DNA of 64,000 nucleotides from Candidatus Kuenenbacteria bacterium HGW-Kuenenbacteria-1 (GCA_002839745.1 PGYQ01000001.1:80775-144774); one strand, 5' to 3'. Positions 38,568-52,639 are shown, counted from the stretch's first letter. Program-made: numbers and translations. Notes: generated by a model not told the origin, from the sequence alone.

Positions 38568-38694
38568 AAGAAAAATATTTAAAAAAATTCTAAATTTTAA
38601 ATTTCTAAAACCTAGAACATAATTAAAATTATACAAAAAAACTTCAAAATAGCAATTTAAAAATAAAAGATTATAATTTTTATTATTTTAATAA

Positions 38695-39108
38695 TTAAAA
38701 ATCAGCAACTTCTTGCCATGAAATAATATTAATTGTTGGATTTATTTTATCAATAATAATTTTTGCTTTTCTAATAATTATTCCGACTGTGCCAGATGAA
38801 GTGATTGTGCGATTTTGTCCACCTTGACTTGTGACAGTGTAAGCGCAAATTCCTTGTCCCAATGTAAGACTGCCACTACCAGTATATGAAGTTGAATCTC
38901 TCATTTGTTGAAGCGCTTCTTCTGCGCAGGCATTAGTCAATGCTTTGGCTTGATTTGATTGCTCAATTGCAAAACTTGTTCGCGATGATCCAACACCAAG
39001 CAAAAGCAATGATACTACAATTGCTATTCCAATCGCACCTAACACTAACACGCTTATTAATACCACATATCCATTATTTTTATATTTAACGGAGCGAAGC
39101 AGATCCAT
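38695..39108 (-). CDS. Minor pilin, PilX-like
   Basis: NNG-YVVLISVLVLG class III-like leader without E5; C-terminal WQEV. Confidence 0.7.
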   Translation of the reverse strand: MDLLRSVKYKNNGYVVLISVLVLGAIGIAIVVSLLLLGVGSSRTSFAIEQSNQAKALTNACAEEALQQMRDSTSYTGSGSLTLGQGICAYTVTSQGGQNRTITSSGTVGIIIRKAKIIIDKINPTINIISWQEVADF

Positions 39109-39637
39109 AAAATGTTTTTGAAAAATTATACTCATTACGATTTGATAAATTTTGATGTATAAGTGTAAATTGAATACGAATTATGCCTGACGTATTAGTG
39201 CGAGATAAATTTGAAAAAGAAAGATTAGAAACAATAACGCGAGAATTGGTAATAGACACATTTGAACCGGTCCCCTCTTTAATTTTAATCACGCCGTTAG
39301 TAAGATCAAAAATTGTCGGATCATTTGCACTAGCAATAACATCTAATGTTAAAGATGAAGCGCTTATGCCTTGCAAAGGCGAAATGATGGCTTCCGCATT
39401 CCGCGCTGTTTGTGTAATAATTTGCATCACTGCTAATCCTTGTTGTTCCACTTCAGCAATGGTTTGATTTTTCACACGCGATTGAAGTAATAAAAATAAA
39501 AATATAGAAATAGCCAAAAGCATTATTGATGCAATGCTAATGTAAAGCAATAATTCAATAAGAGTAAAACCCTTGGTAGCTTTTAGCTGATAGCTGTTAG
39601 CTAATAGGTTTTTAAATTTATTTTTTTTTATTTTCAT
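39086..39637 (-). CDS. Prepilin-type N-methylation protein (PilW-like minor pilin)
   Basis: KG-FTLIELLLY. Confidence 0.82.
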   Translation of the reverse strand: MKIKKNKFKNLLANSYQLKATKGFTLIELLLYISIASIMLLAISIFLFLLLQSRVKNQTIAEVEQQGLAVMQIITQTARNAEAIISPLQGISASSLTLDVIASANDPTIFDLTNGVIKIKEGTGSNVSITNSRVIVSNLSFSNLSRTNTSGIIRIQFTLIHQNLSNRNEYNFSKTFYGSASLR

Positions 39638-39693
39638 AATTAAAAAGCTAATTAATTTATTAGAAATTTCCTAAAAAGCTAAGAAGCTAGAAC

Positions 39694-40305
39694 TTATTTT
39701 GCGCAACAAGTGTCAGCAGAAGGAATAGTGCAAAAAGAGTCACCGCCAGATAAATATATTTCATTATATTTAACGCATTGTTGTTCATTTTGTCTGCAAA
39801 TGCCAGAAACATATCCTTGTTGCACAGCATAATCATTGCAAGAACCAGGAACAGGCGCGCTTTTTTGCCAATTTGTCATTCTAGAACTTAATGACACCAA
39901 GCCAACCCGTTGTGGATTTTGTTGCCATGTAATATTTGAAATAATATTTTTACGATTTAAATCAATTGATGAAATAATAATTTGTCTAGTAAAAATATCA
40001 TTCATATCTTGCGAGCCAGAAAAATTCCATTGATTACCAGAAATTACAAGACCATGATTTGCATCAGTTAAATTATTAAAATTAGCATCACGAATATTAC
40101 GCGTTGCTTCTAATCCTTCCTCAGCCAACATTGTTGCTCGTACTCGATTACCCGCAAACACACTTGCTTCTTGCGCATAGAGATATGCGCCCACAAATGT
40201 CGTAACCAATAAAACAAAAATTGCGCTAACAAGTATAATTTCAACAAGACTAAAACCTTTATTAAGTGTTAAGTTGAAAAAATTGTGTTTTGATTTTATT
40301 TTCAT
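39694..40305 (-). CDS. Prepilin-type N-methylation protein (PilV-like) with Cys-rich tail
   Basis: KG-FSLVEIIL; LAEEGLEA. Confidence 0.8.
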   Translation of the reverse strand: MKIKSKHNFFNLTLNKGFSLVEIILVSAIFVLLVTTFVGAYLYAQEASVFAGNRVRATMLAEEGLEATRNIRDANFNNLTDANHGLVISGNQWNFSGSQDMNDIFTRQIIISSIDLNRKNIISNITWQQNPQRVGLVSLSSRMTNWQKSAPVPGSCNDYAVQQGYVSGICRQNEQQCVKYNEIYLSGGDSFCTIPSADTCCAK

Positions 40306-40371
40306 TTTTTTAAAATAAAAATAAACAATAAAACTTTAAAAAAAGAATAAACTTTTATATTAGGCTTAGTC

Positions 40372-44167
<3,796 letters not shown>

Positions 44168-44209
44168 AAAATAATTTTAATAGAAATATACAGGGGTTGA
44201 GTCCTATAT

Positions 44210-45637
44210 TTAGGAAATTAAAAAGGCTTTATAACCTAAATAAGCACAATAAATATCAGCTTTGGAAACAATTTCTAATGGAGCGTGCATATTAAATAAT
44301 GCTACTCCAATATCAACAACATCAATATTACGATTAGCTAAATATTTAGCGATTGTTCCTCCACCACTCTGATCAACTTTACCACCTAATCCACCAGAAA
44401 ACTGATAAACAATATTTTTATCTTGTTTAAATATATTTTTCAATTTTTGCAAAAACTCAGCCGATGCTTCAGAAGTAGAATATTTACCACCATGACCAGT
44501 ATGTTTTTCTATAGCTAATCCAAATCCCATTTTACAAACATTTTTTAATTCAACAAAATTTTTATAATCAGGATCTAGCGCCACTGTCACATCAGCTGAA
44601 ATTGCTTGACTTAAAGAATAAGAATTATAAATTTCTTCTAAACTACTTTTACTTTTATTTAATTTTAAAATATTCAACAAAAAATTTTCAATAAACAATG
44701 ATTGAGAGCCAGTATTTCCATCTGATCCTATTTCTTCTCTATCAATTAAAATACAAATTTGCGTTTGATCAACTATTTTCGCATCTAAAAAACTCATTAA
44801 AGATGAATAAGCGCACACCTTATCATCATGTCCATAAGCTGAAATTAAACTTCTATCAAAACCCAAATCTCTTGCTTTTTCACTTGGCACAGCTTGTATT
44901 TCTGCGCTAACAAAATCCTCTTCTTTAATTCCATATTTATTAAAAAGATATTCTAATATTGCTAATTTAACTTTTTCTTTAACTTTTTTATCATTAACAG
45001 GCAATGACCCTAATAATAAATTTAATTCTTCTCCTTTAATTTCATGAAATTCAGATTTCCCTCCACTAACATTTCGATCAAGATGCGGTAATAAATCTGT
45101 AATCATAAAAATCGGTTCATCAATTTTTTCTCCAATTTTAATATTTACTTTTTTTCCATTTTCTAAATAAACAACTCCATACAAAGCTAATGAAACAGTT
45201 GGCCATTGATATTTTTTAATTCCTCCATAATAATGAGTTTTTGCAAAAACTAAATTTTCTTCTTCATAAAGTGGATTTACTTTAAAATCTAAATGAGGAG
45301 AATCAATATGCGACATAATTATTTTCATTCCTTTTTCTAATCCTTTTTTTCCAATTTTAGCTAAAAATAAACTTTTATCACGATTAACTGCATAAACTTT
45401 ATCACCAACAGAAAGAGATTTTATTTCTTTAATATTTTTAAAACCGTTTTCTTTAGCTAATTTAATTCCTTCTTCAACTGCTTCTCTTTCTGTTTTAGCT
45501 TCACTTACAAAATTTTTATAACCTTCAGCAAAATCAAAAGCATTTTTTTTAATTTTATCATCCCAAACTTCCCAACAACTTTTTTTTTCTAATTTAAGTT
45601 GTTTTTCTAATTTTTGATAATCGATTTTTTTAGACAT
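44210..45637 (-). CDS. M18-family aminopeptidase
   Basis: SHIDSP, THYYGGIKKYQW, YGHDD, DREEIGS, SADV, NMHAP. Confidence 0.9.
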   Translation of the reverse strand: MSKKIDYQKLEKQLKLEKKSCWEVWDDKIKKNAFDFAEGYKNFVSEAKTEREAVEEGIKLAKENGFKNIKEIKSLSVGDKVYAVNRDKSLFLAKIGKKGLEKGMKIIMSHIDSPHLDFKVNPLYEEENLVFAKTHYYGGIKKYQWPTVSLALYGVVYLENGKKVNIKIGEKIDEPIFMITDLLPHLDRNVSGGKSEFHEIKGEELNLLLGSLPVNDKKVKEKVKLAILEYLFNKYGIKEEDFVSAEIQAVPSEKARDLGFDRSLISAYGHDDKVCAYSSLMSFLDAKIVDQTQICILIDREEIGSDGNTGSQSLFIENFLLNILKLNKSKSSLEEIYNSYSLSQAISADVTVALDPDYKNFVELKNVCKMGFGLAIEKHTGHGGKYSTSEASAEFLQKLKNIFKQDKNIVYQFSGGLGGKVDQSGGGTIAKYLANRNIDVVDIGVALFNMHAPLEIVSKADIYCAYLGYKAFLIS

Positions 45638-45666
45638 AAAATAATAAGTTAAAAATAAAAGTTAAT

Positions 45667-47430
45667 TTATCTTTTTGCTTTTAAATTTTGTTTACGCAAA
45701 CGAATATTTTTTGGTGTAATTTCCAAATATTCATCTTCAGCGATAATTTCCAAACCACGTTCCAAAGTTAAGTCTATTGGCGTAATTAATTGAATAGCAA
45801 TGTCAGCGCCTGAAGATCGCATATTACTCAATTGTTTTCCTTTGGTTGGATTAACAACCATATTATAACCTTTGGCAGTATTGCCAATTACTTCGCCCTC
45901 ATAAACTTCTACATTTGGATTTATATATAAAGCGCCACGATCTTGAAGATTAGCCAAAGAAAACGCCAATGTCTTTCCTGTTTCTCCAGAAATCATAGAA
46001 CCCAAATTGTGTTTTTCAATTTCACCAGCATAAGGTTTAAAATCTATTAATTCGCTACACAAAATTCCCTCTCCTTTTGTGTCAACAATAAATTCACCTC
46101 GATAACCCAGAAATCCACGAGTTGGCATTTCAAAAATTAATCGGATATGATTTTGTTCTGGATTCATTTCAATCATTTGCCCTTTTCTTTTTGAAATTTT
46201 TTCTATAATAATACCAACAAATTCTTGCGGAACATCGATGGTAATTCTTTCAAATGGTTCATTTTTTTTACCATCAATTTCTTTAAAAATTACCTGCGGT
46301 TGAGAAACTTGAAGTTCAAATCCCTCGCGTCGCATATTTTCTAATAAAATAGCAATATGTAATTCACCACGACCAAAAATTTTATAATGTTCAATAGGAG
46401 AAAAATCTATTTTTAGTCCCACATTAACCTCTAATTCTTTTTCTAATCGTTCTTTAATTTGGCGACTAGTAACAAATTTTCCTTCCTTTCCCGCAAAAGG
46501 CGAATTATTAACTAAAAAATTTAAAGAAATTGTCGGCTCATCTATTCTAATAGCTGGTAAAAGTGCTTGATTCAAATTACTACAAATTGTGTCACCAATA
46601 TAAATGTTTGGTAATCCGGCAATCATAACAATATCTCCGCCTTTAATTTCTAAAACTTCTTTTCTTTCCACACCTTCAAAAGTGAAAGCCTTGGTAATAT
46701 TTCCGGAAATAATTTCTCCAGATTGTTTTTTAATAAAAACCTTATCCCCTACTTTTGCTGAACCTTGATAAACGCGACCAATGCCTAAACGACCCAAATA
46801 ATTATCATAAGCAAGATTGCATGGCTGAAAAGCAAATGATAAATTTTCATCAACTTTTGTGGATAAAACTTTTTCTAAAATTGTATCTAAAAGTGGAGTA
46901 AGATCTTTAGAATCGTCATCTAATTTTATTTTTGCAATACCTTGTTTGGCAATCGCGTAAATAGTAAAAAAATCCAATTGTTCGTCGTTAGCGCCTAAAT
47001 CCATAAAAAGTTCTAAAACTTTTTCATGAGCCCATTCTGGTCGAGCAGCTAATTTATCAATTTTATTAATCACTACAATTGGTTTTAATCCTAATTGTAA
47101 TGCCTTTTTTAAAACAAATTTAGTTTGAGGCATTGGACCTTCTTGCGCATCAACCAGTAAAAGCACAGAATCAATGGAACGTAAAACACGCTCTACTTCT
47201 GAACCAAAATCCGCGTGACCAGGAGTATCAACAATATTAATTTTAGTTCCCTTATAAAAAACCGAGGTATTTTTAGAATAAATTGTAATACCCCGTTCTT
47301 GTTCTAAGGCATTAGAATCCATGCTCGCTGTATCATCAGTAACCATACCGGTTTGACGCATTAAAGCATCTGTTAAACTTGTTTTGCCATGATCTACATG
47401 AGCAATAATTGCAATATTTCTAATTTCCAT
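45667..47430 (-). CDS. typA: Translational GTPase TypA/BipA
   Basis: IRNIAIIAHVDHGKT, DTPGHADFG, GRGELH, MRREGFE, LEITPKNIRLRK. Confidence 0.96.
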   Translation of the reverse strand: MEIRNIAIIAHVDHGKTSLTDALMRQTGMVTDDTASMDSNALEQERGITIYSKNTSVFYKGTKINIVDTPGHADFGSEVERVLRSIDSVLLLVDAQEGPMPQTKFVLKKALQLGLKPIVVINKIDKLAARPEWAHEKVLELFMDLGANDEQLDFFTIYAIAKQGIAKIKLDDDSKDLTPLLDTILEKVLSTKVDENLSFAFQPCNLAYDNYLGRLGIGRVYQGSAKVGDKVFIKKQSGEIISGNITKAFTFEGVERKEVLEIKGGDIVMIAGLPNIYIGDTICSNLNQALLPAIRIDEPTISLNFLVNNSPFAGKEGKFVTSRQIKERLEKELEVNVGLKIDFSPIEHYKIFGRGELHIAILLENMRREGFELQVSQPQVIFKEIDGKKNEPFERITIDVPQEFVGIIIEKISKRKGQMIEMNPEQNHIRLIFEMPTRGFLGYRGEFIVDTKGEGILCSELIDFKPYAGEIEKHNLGSMISGETGKTLAFSLANLQDRGALYINPNVEVYEGEVIGNTAKGYNMVVNPTKGKQLSNMRSSGADIAIQLITPIDLTLERGLEIIAEDEYLEITPKNIRLRKQNLKAKR

Positions 47431-47478
47431 AATTAATTAAATTAAACAATTAAAATTAAATTAAATTATTATAATTAA

Positions 47479-47507
47479 ATTATAACAAAAAAACAAAAAA
47501 TCAGCAA
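47479..47507 (-). promoter_or_regulatory. Sigma-70 promoter for typA
   Basis: TTGCTG-17 bp-TATAAT with extended -10 TG. Confidence 0.6.
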
Positions 47508-47517
47508 TTTAAAAAAT

Positions 47518-47551
47518 TTTCATTCCTTTGATGGCCATCAAAGGAATGAAA
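47518..47551. repeat. Perfect 34-bp palindrome
   Basis: tttcattcctttgatgg|ccatcaaaggaatgaaa. Confidence 0.92.
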
Positions 47552-47573
47552 GTTTTGCTAATTTTTTTTATAT

Positions 47574-48044
47574 TTAATATTGAATTAATCCTTTATTATT
47601 AATAATAATATTCCGCGCTTCATTATTATTAGTCAAAGTAATTATTCCTGTGGTTTGTGGAAAGCCAGTAAATTTTGCAAAAACTATTTCAGAAAGTCCT
47701 GATTGAATAATATTTGTTGGTATTTCAAACACTTCATCAAAAGCAATATCTCGTATAGCATAACTTTCGCCTTTAAATAAAGTGATATTTCCTATTGTAA
47801 TATGCATACCCCATGAAATATCACCATTAATTGCTTGTGATAAAACTTGTGCGCGACGCAATGTTTGAACAATTTCATTTGTCGCAACATCAAGATTATT
47901 TTTATTTTGAAATGACTGAGAAATTGGAAAGGAAATTCCAGCAATAATTGTGATTAACGCGACAGAAAGCATTGCTTCTAACAAGGTAAAACCTTGAGAA
48001 GTTTTTAGCTGATAGCTTTTAGCTGTTAGGAAATTAAAAAACAT
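47574..48044 (-). CDS. Prepilin-type protein (FimT/GspH-like)
   Basis: QG-FTLLEAML; IVFAKFTG; IIINNKGLI. Confidence 0.8.
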   Translation of the reverse strand: MFFNFLTAKSYQLKTSQGFTLLEAMLSVALITIIAGISFPISQSFQNKNNLDVATNEIVQTLRRAQVLSQAINGDISWGMHITIGNITLFKGESYAIRDIAFDEVFEIPTNIIQSGLSEIVFAKFTGFPQTTGIITLTNNNEARNIIINNKGLIQY

Positions 48045-48051
48045 AAAAATA

Positions 48052-49189
48052 TTTGATATTTACATTTTACATTTTTATTAGAAAGCTAAGAAGTTAATTA
48101 ACTAGCTTTAAATCCTCCGATTAAACTATAAATCGGTAAAATGATTGCCATTGCTACCGCAACAACACCCAACCATACAATTACCAGCAATATTGGCTCT
48201 AAAAGAACACTTAAATTTTTTGTTGTATTATCTGTTTTGGCTTCAAATGTCTGACCAATTTTTAATAACACAATAGAAAGTGTAGCTGATTGCTCCCCAA
48301 TAATTATCAGTTGCTGAATAGATGCGGGAATTAAACGATTAATATTTTTAAAAGAAACAAAACTTTTTTGAAATGAATTGCCTTCGGCAATTGAATCGCG
48401 TAAATGAATGTAAAAATTTTTATATTGCAAAATTTCTGTGGCGCTAATCAGCGAGTCCAGTGCTTGAATAATTGGTAAACCAGCAGAAAGTAATGTACCT
48501 AAAAGATAGCCAAAACGCGTTAATTCCACTTCTTTAATTAATTGTTTAACGCCGGGCAAAGAAAATAAAAAATATTGACCAATAACTTTTGTTTTAGAAA
48601 AAGAAAAAATAAAATAAAATAAAACACCAATGATTACAACTATCATTGGTATCGCATATTGTCCATAATGACCTAAAAAATCTCCAAAACTAATTAAAAT
48701 TTTAGTAATTAATGGTAGTTCTATTTTAAGTTGAGTAAATACTGATGTTAATTTTGGTAAAATAAACCAAGCAATACCGATTCCAATAATCACTGTCAAT
48801 GATAATACAAATATCGGATACATCATTGCCGAACTAAGTTTTGATTTTAATGCGCGATTTTTTTCTTGTTCATAAGAGACTATTTTTAAATTTTCAATTA
48901 GTTTTCCAGATTTCTCACCCAAACGAATCAACGAAATAGCGTAATCAGCAAATAAATTCGTTTTTTGAAGCGCTTTCCAAATTGGTGAACCAGATTCAAT
49001 ATCTGCGCGAATAAAAACTAAAATTTTTTTTATGCGAGATGAACGCAATTCTTTAGAAATAGAATCTATTGCACTTAAAATCGGCATACCCGAAGCAACT
49101 AATATGCTTAAATTTTCAACAAAAAAATCTCGTTCTTTATTGAGGAAAAAAGTTGATAGCATATAAAAATGTAAAATGTAAATATCAAA
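48052..49189. repeat. Perfect 27-bp inverted repeat (48052-48078 / 49163-49189) bracketing pilC
   Basis: tttgatatttacattttacatttttat / ataaaaatgtaaaatgtaaatatcaaa. Confidence 0.92.
48098..49162 (-). CDS. pilC: Type II secretion system F / PilC platform protein
   Basis: LVASGMPI, GEKSGKL, AMMYP, GEQS, LLEP, ILPIY. Confidence 0.88.
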   Translation of the reverse strand: MLSTFFLNKERDFFVENLSILVASGMPILSAIDSISKELRSSRIKKILVFIRADIESGSPIWKALQKTNLFADYAISLIRLGEKSGKLIENLKIVSYEQEKNRALKSKLSSAMMYPIFVLSLTVIIGIGIAWFILPKLTSVFTQLKIELPLITKILISFGDFLGHYGQYAIPMIVVIIGVLFYFIFSFSKTKVIGQYFLFSLPGVKQLIKEVELTRFGYLLGTLLSAGLPIIQALDSLISATEILQYKNFYIHLRDSIAEGNSFQKSFVSFKNINRLIPASIQQLIIIGEQSATLSIVLLKIGQTFEAKTDNTTKNLSVLLEPILLVIVWLGVVAVAMAIILPIYSLIGGFKAS

Positions 49190-49231
49190 AATAAATAATT
49201 TCTAAACTTTGGCAAAAATCTTAAAATTTAT

Positions 49232-49301
49232 TGTCATCCCGACCGAGGCTTCCAAGCGGAGGAATCCCTTTTTTATTATTTAAATCCGCTAGCTAGTGGA
49301 G
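49232..49301 (+). repeat. TGTC-tagged repeat plus a decayed TCCGCCAGCTGGCGGA-type palindrome
   Basis: tgtcatcccgacc is also at 52443; atccgctagctagtggag (49284-49301) resembles atctgccagctggcggat in ileS. Confidence 0.6.
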
Positions 49302-49334
49302 AAAAAGGAAAATTTTTCATTTTAATTTTACCTA

Positions 49335-50993
49335 TTAATTGTCGTGCGCTTCGCACGGCGGTTCTGCGACTCTTAATAATTCTTCAATTGTTGTAATGCC
49401 TGTTTTAACTTTTTCTATACCATCTTCAAAAAGCGATTGCGAACCTTGTTTACGCGCTAATTTCCATATTTCTTGCGTTGACGGCGATTTTAAAATAAGA
49501 TTTTGCATCTCTGAAGTAATTTGAATAAATTCAAAAATTGCGGTTCTACCTTTATATCCTGTATGATTACAAGTTTCACATCCTTTACCTTGATAAAGCG
49601 TAATAGATTCTTCAGAAAAAAAACGAGTTATAGATTTAAATTGCGAAATATTAAGTTCGCTAACTTTTTTTATTACACTGCAACGGCAATGATCACAAAT
49701 TTTTCTAACCAATCTTTGAGCAATCACTACATTTAATGTAGAAGCCAATAAAAATGGTTCAGCGCCCATATCTAAAATACGCGGAATAGCGGTTGCCGCA
49801 TCATTGGAATGAAAAGTAGAATACAATAAATGCCCAGTCAAAGCCGCATTAACTGAAATTTCTGCTGTTTCATTGTCTCTTATTTCGCCCACTAAAATAA
49901 TATCCGGATCTTGACGAACAATTGATCGCAAACCTTTAGAAAATGTTAAACTGGTTTGCGTATTAACTTGAATTTGATTTATGCCTTGAATTTTATATTC
50001 AATTGGATCTTCAATAGTTGTAATATTTACATCCGGATTATTTATTAATTTTATTAACGCATACAATGTTGTTGTTTTTCCACTACCTGTTGGTCCTACA
50101 ACAAGAATCATACCAAATGGTTTTTCGGTTGATGTTTTTAATAATTTTTGATGTGGCAAAGAAAGACCCAAATCACCTAAAGTAAATCCTTGCACATATG
50201 CCGCTAAAACACGCAATACTACTTTTTCTCCTTCAATTGTTGGCACAATTGAAACGCGCATATCCACTGCTGTGTTATTCCTTTCATATCGCAAAGAGCC
50301 ATCTTGAGCGGAAAAATGCTCATCAATCCGCAAACTGCTTTGAACTTTAATTCTGTTTAAAATATTTTCATAAAATTCTTTTGGAATACAACCTGCTTCT
50401 TGAAGCACGCCATCAATACGAAATCGAATAACAATTTTATTTTTTTGAGGTTCAAAATGAATATCAGACGCATTATAAACAAGTGCGTCTTCAAAAATTT
50501 CTTCCAATAATTTAGGAGCAACGCGGTCTTGTTTTTCAAAAATTTTAGAAAAACGTGTTTCAAGTGATTTTTGATAATGAACAAAACAAGAGTCAATATC
50601 TTCAGAAAGAGAATAAGTAATTTTAATTTTTTGTTTATCAAATAATAACTTCAATTCTAAAAGTAATTGAGGATTTTGTGGATTATCCGTGGCAATAATA
50701 ATTTCATTTTCTGTTTCAAAAAAAACAACCGCGCGAATCAATGTTGCAATTTTTTTAGGTATTTTTAATATCTGTTCTTTTGAGGGTAAATTTGAATTAA
50801 GATCCGAATAAGAAATATTAAATGACTCAGCAATCGCTTGTCCCAAAAGATCTTTTGTGATCAATCCTTCTAAAAAAAGATATTCAGTCATTAAAGTATG
50901 ATGCGTTTTAGCATACTCTTCAGCTTTTTGAATATCTTTCTTAGTAATATAATTTCCTTGCAAAAGAATTTGTTTTAATATTGTGTCATTCAT
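49335..50993 (-). CDS. pilB: GspE/PilB-family assembly ATPase
   Basis: ASDIHFEP, GPTGSGKTTT, TIEDPIEY, RQDPDIILVGEIRD, LTGH, Zn CxxC pairs. Confidence 0.9.
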   Translation of the reverse strand: MNDTILKQILLQGNYITKKDIQKAEEYAKTHHTLMTEYLFLEGLITKDLLGQAIAESFNISYSDLNSNLPSKEQILKIPKKIATLIRAVVFFETENEIIIATDNPQNPQLLLELKLLFDKQKIKITYSLSEDIDSCFVHYQKSLETRFSKIFEKQDRVAPKLLEEIFEDALVYNASDIHFEPQKNKIVIRFRIDGVLQEAGCIPKEFYENILNRIKVQSSLRIDEHFSAQDGSLRYERNNTAVDMRVSIVPTIEGEKVVLRVLAAYVQGFTLGDLGLSLPHQKLLKTSTEKPFGMILVVGPTGSGKTTTLYALIKLINNPDVNITTIEDPIEYKIQGINQIQVNTQTSLTFSKGLRSIVRQDPDIILVGEIRDNETAEISVNAALTGHLLYSTFHSNDAATAIPRILDMGAEPFLLASTLNVVIAQRLVRKICDHCRCSVIKKVSELNISQFKSITRFFSEESITLYQGKGCETCNHTGYKGRTAIFEFIQITSEMQNLILKSPSTQEIWKLARKQGSQSLFEDGIEKVKTGITTIEELLRVAEPPCEAHDN

Positions 50994-51098
50994 AATAAAT
51001 GTTAGCTGTTAAGGGTTAATATTGGTATGAAACCAATGTACCCTAAATATCAATTTGGGAATTTTTATTAATTTTTAATTTTAAAAAAGATTAAATTT

Positions 51099-52277
51099 TT
51101 ATTTTATATCTCCTCCCCAAATATAACCCTTAAATTTAGGAACATTTTTTCTTCCGATCAAATAATCTTTTTTTATACCTGCTATTTTTGATAATCTTTC
51201 TAAATTGTTTTGATCAATTTTAGTTGGTGATTCTTTAATTTCTAATGCTATTTTTTTATTTAAAATAAAATCAATTTCATTTCCATCTTTTAAAGCATAA
51301 TAACGAACCTCTCCTTTATGACGAATTTGATTAAAAAATGCATTTTCAAATTTTGATCCACTACTATTTTCCGCTAAAATATTTACTAATCCATTATCGC
51401 AAAAATAAATTTTCTGAGCTTTTACTATTTCGCGATCTATACTATGAGTATGAACAGATATTCTATGAATTAAATAAGTTTTTTCAAAAAAATCTATATA
51501 TTCTTCAACTGTATGACGCGATAAACCGCTTAGGCTAGCCAGTTTATTATAATCAAGACGAGTACCAATTCTAGATGCCAACATTTTTATTAAATTATAA
51601 ATCTCTTTGTCTTTGCGAAAATCAGAAAGTGTTTTTATATCAATATTTACATAAGAGCTAATAATATCATTTAATATCTCTTTTTTAAGTTCATCTTTTT
51701 TTACTAATACTACTTCTGGAAATCCGCCAAAATTAATAAATTCTTCATAATAAAATCTTAATCTTTCATATTCAAATTCAGAAAACATTTTCTCAAAAAT
51801 ATTTTTTTCTTTATAATAAACTTCTTTAAAATTTAAAAACTCGCCAAAATCCAATGGAAATAATTCAAATACAATTTTTCTTCCTGCAAGTGATTGAGTA
51901 AAAAAATTTTTAAGATAATAAGAACTTGAACCAGTTACAAAAAATTTTATATTATAATGATCATAAAGATATTTTATAACACTTGTAATATTAGGTAGAA
52001 ATTGGATTTCATCAATAGCTAAATAAATTTTCTTTCGTATATTTATTCCTTTTCCTTCAAGATCAAGTAAAATATTATCATAATTTTCTTGATCAAAAAC
52101 ATTTCTATCTGATAATTTTTCTAAATCAAAATAGATCTTATTTTCGGACTTTATTTCAGAAAGAATTTGTTTTAAAATAGTGGTTTTTCCAACCCTTCTC
52201 ATTCCAGTAATAACAATTACTTGTTTTGCTTTAAAATATTTTTTAATGTTTTTATAAATTTTTCGCTGATATATCAT
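51099..52277 (-). CDS. AAA_14 / DUF4143-type ATP-binding protein
   Basis: GMRRVGKT, IDEIQ, TGSS, GGFP, KIYFCDNG, EIDF; likely start MIYQR. Confidence 0.85.
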   Translation of the reverse strand: MIYQRKIYKNIKKYFKAKQVIVITGMRRVGKTTILKQILSEIKSENKIYFDLEKLSDRNVFDQENYDNILLDLEGKGINIRKKIYLAIDEIQFLPNITSVIKYLYDHYNIKFFVTGSSSYYLKNFFTQSLAGRKIVFELFPLDFGEFLNFKEVYYKEKNIFEKMFSEFEYERLRFYYEEFINFGGFPEVVLVKKDELKKEILNDIISSYVNIDIKTLSDFRKDKEIYNLIKMLASRIGTRLDYNKLASLSGLSRHTVEEYIDFFEKTYLIHRISVHTHSIDREIVKAQKIYFCDNGLVNILAENSSGSKFENAFFNQIRHKGEVRYYALKDGNEIDFILNKKIALEIKESPTKIDQNNLERLSKIAGIKKDYLIGRKNVPKFKGYIWGGDIK

Positions 52278-52442
52278 ATATTTATATATTACCAAAGTAT
52301 AAGTACACTATAACTTTAGTAATACTATTTTGTCAATAGGTTTTTATTTAAGTGATTAAAATTGAACTCCTATCACTTTTATTTTATATGATATTTTCTT
52401 TTTTAATTTATTGCATTGGAAAGTAAATATTTATTCTCTTTC

Positions 52443-52632
52443 TGTCATCCCGACCCCCCACGGTTGGGATGTTCTAAAAAAAATATAAAATGTGTTATTA
52501 TTTATAAATAATTTTATTAAAAATTAATAAATTTATGGGGTAGATGAGAGCCTCTGCTCTCATCTTTTTTTTGGTTGGAGCAGAAGCTCCAACCTACCCA
52601 AATCTTTTGGTTAGAACATCCCAACCGTGCCC
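52443..52632 (-). repeat. Composite REP cluster: REPIN (52536-52599) enclosed by a 19-bp perfect inverted repeat (52459-52477 / 52611-52629)
   Basis: Reverse complement of the RAYT REPIN with one substitution and a longer A spacer; cacggttgggatgttctaa / ttagaacatcccaaccgtg. Confidence 0.9.
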
Positions 52633-52639
52633 TAGAGCC

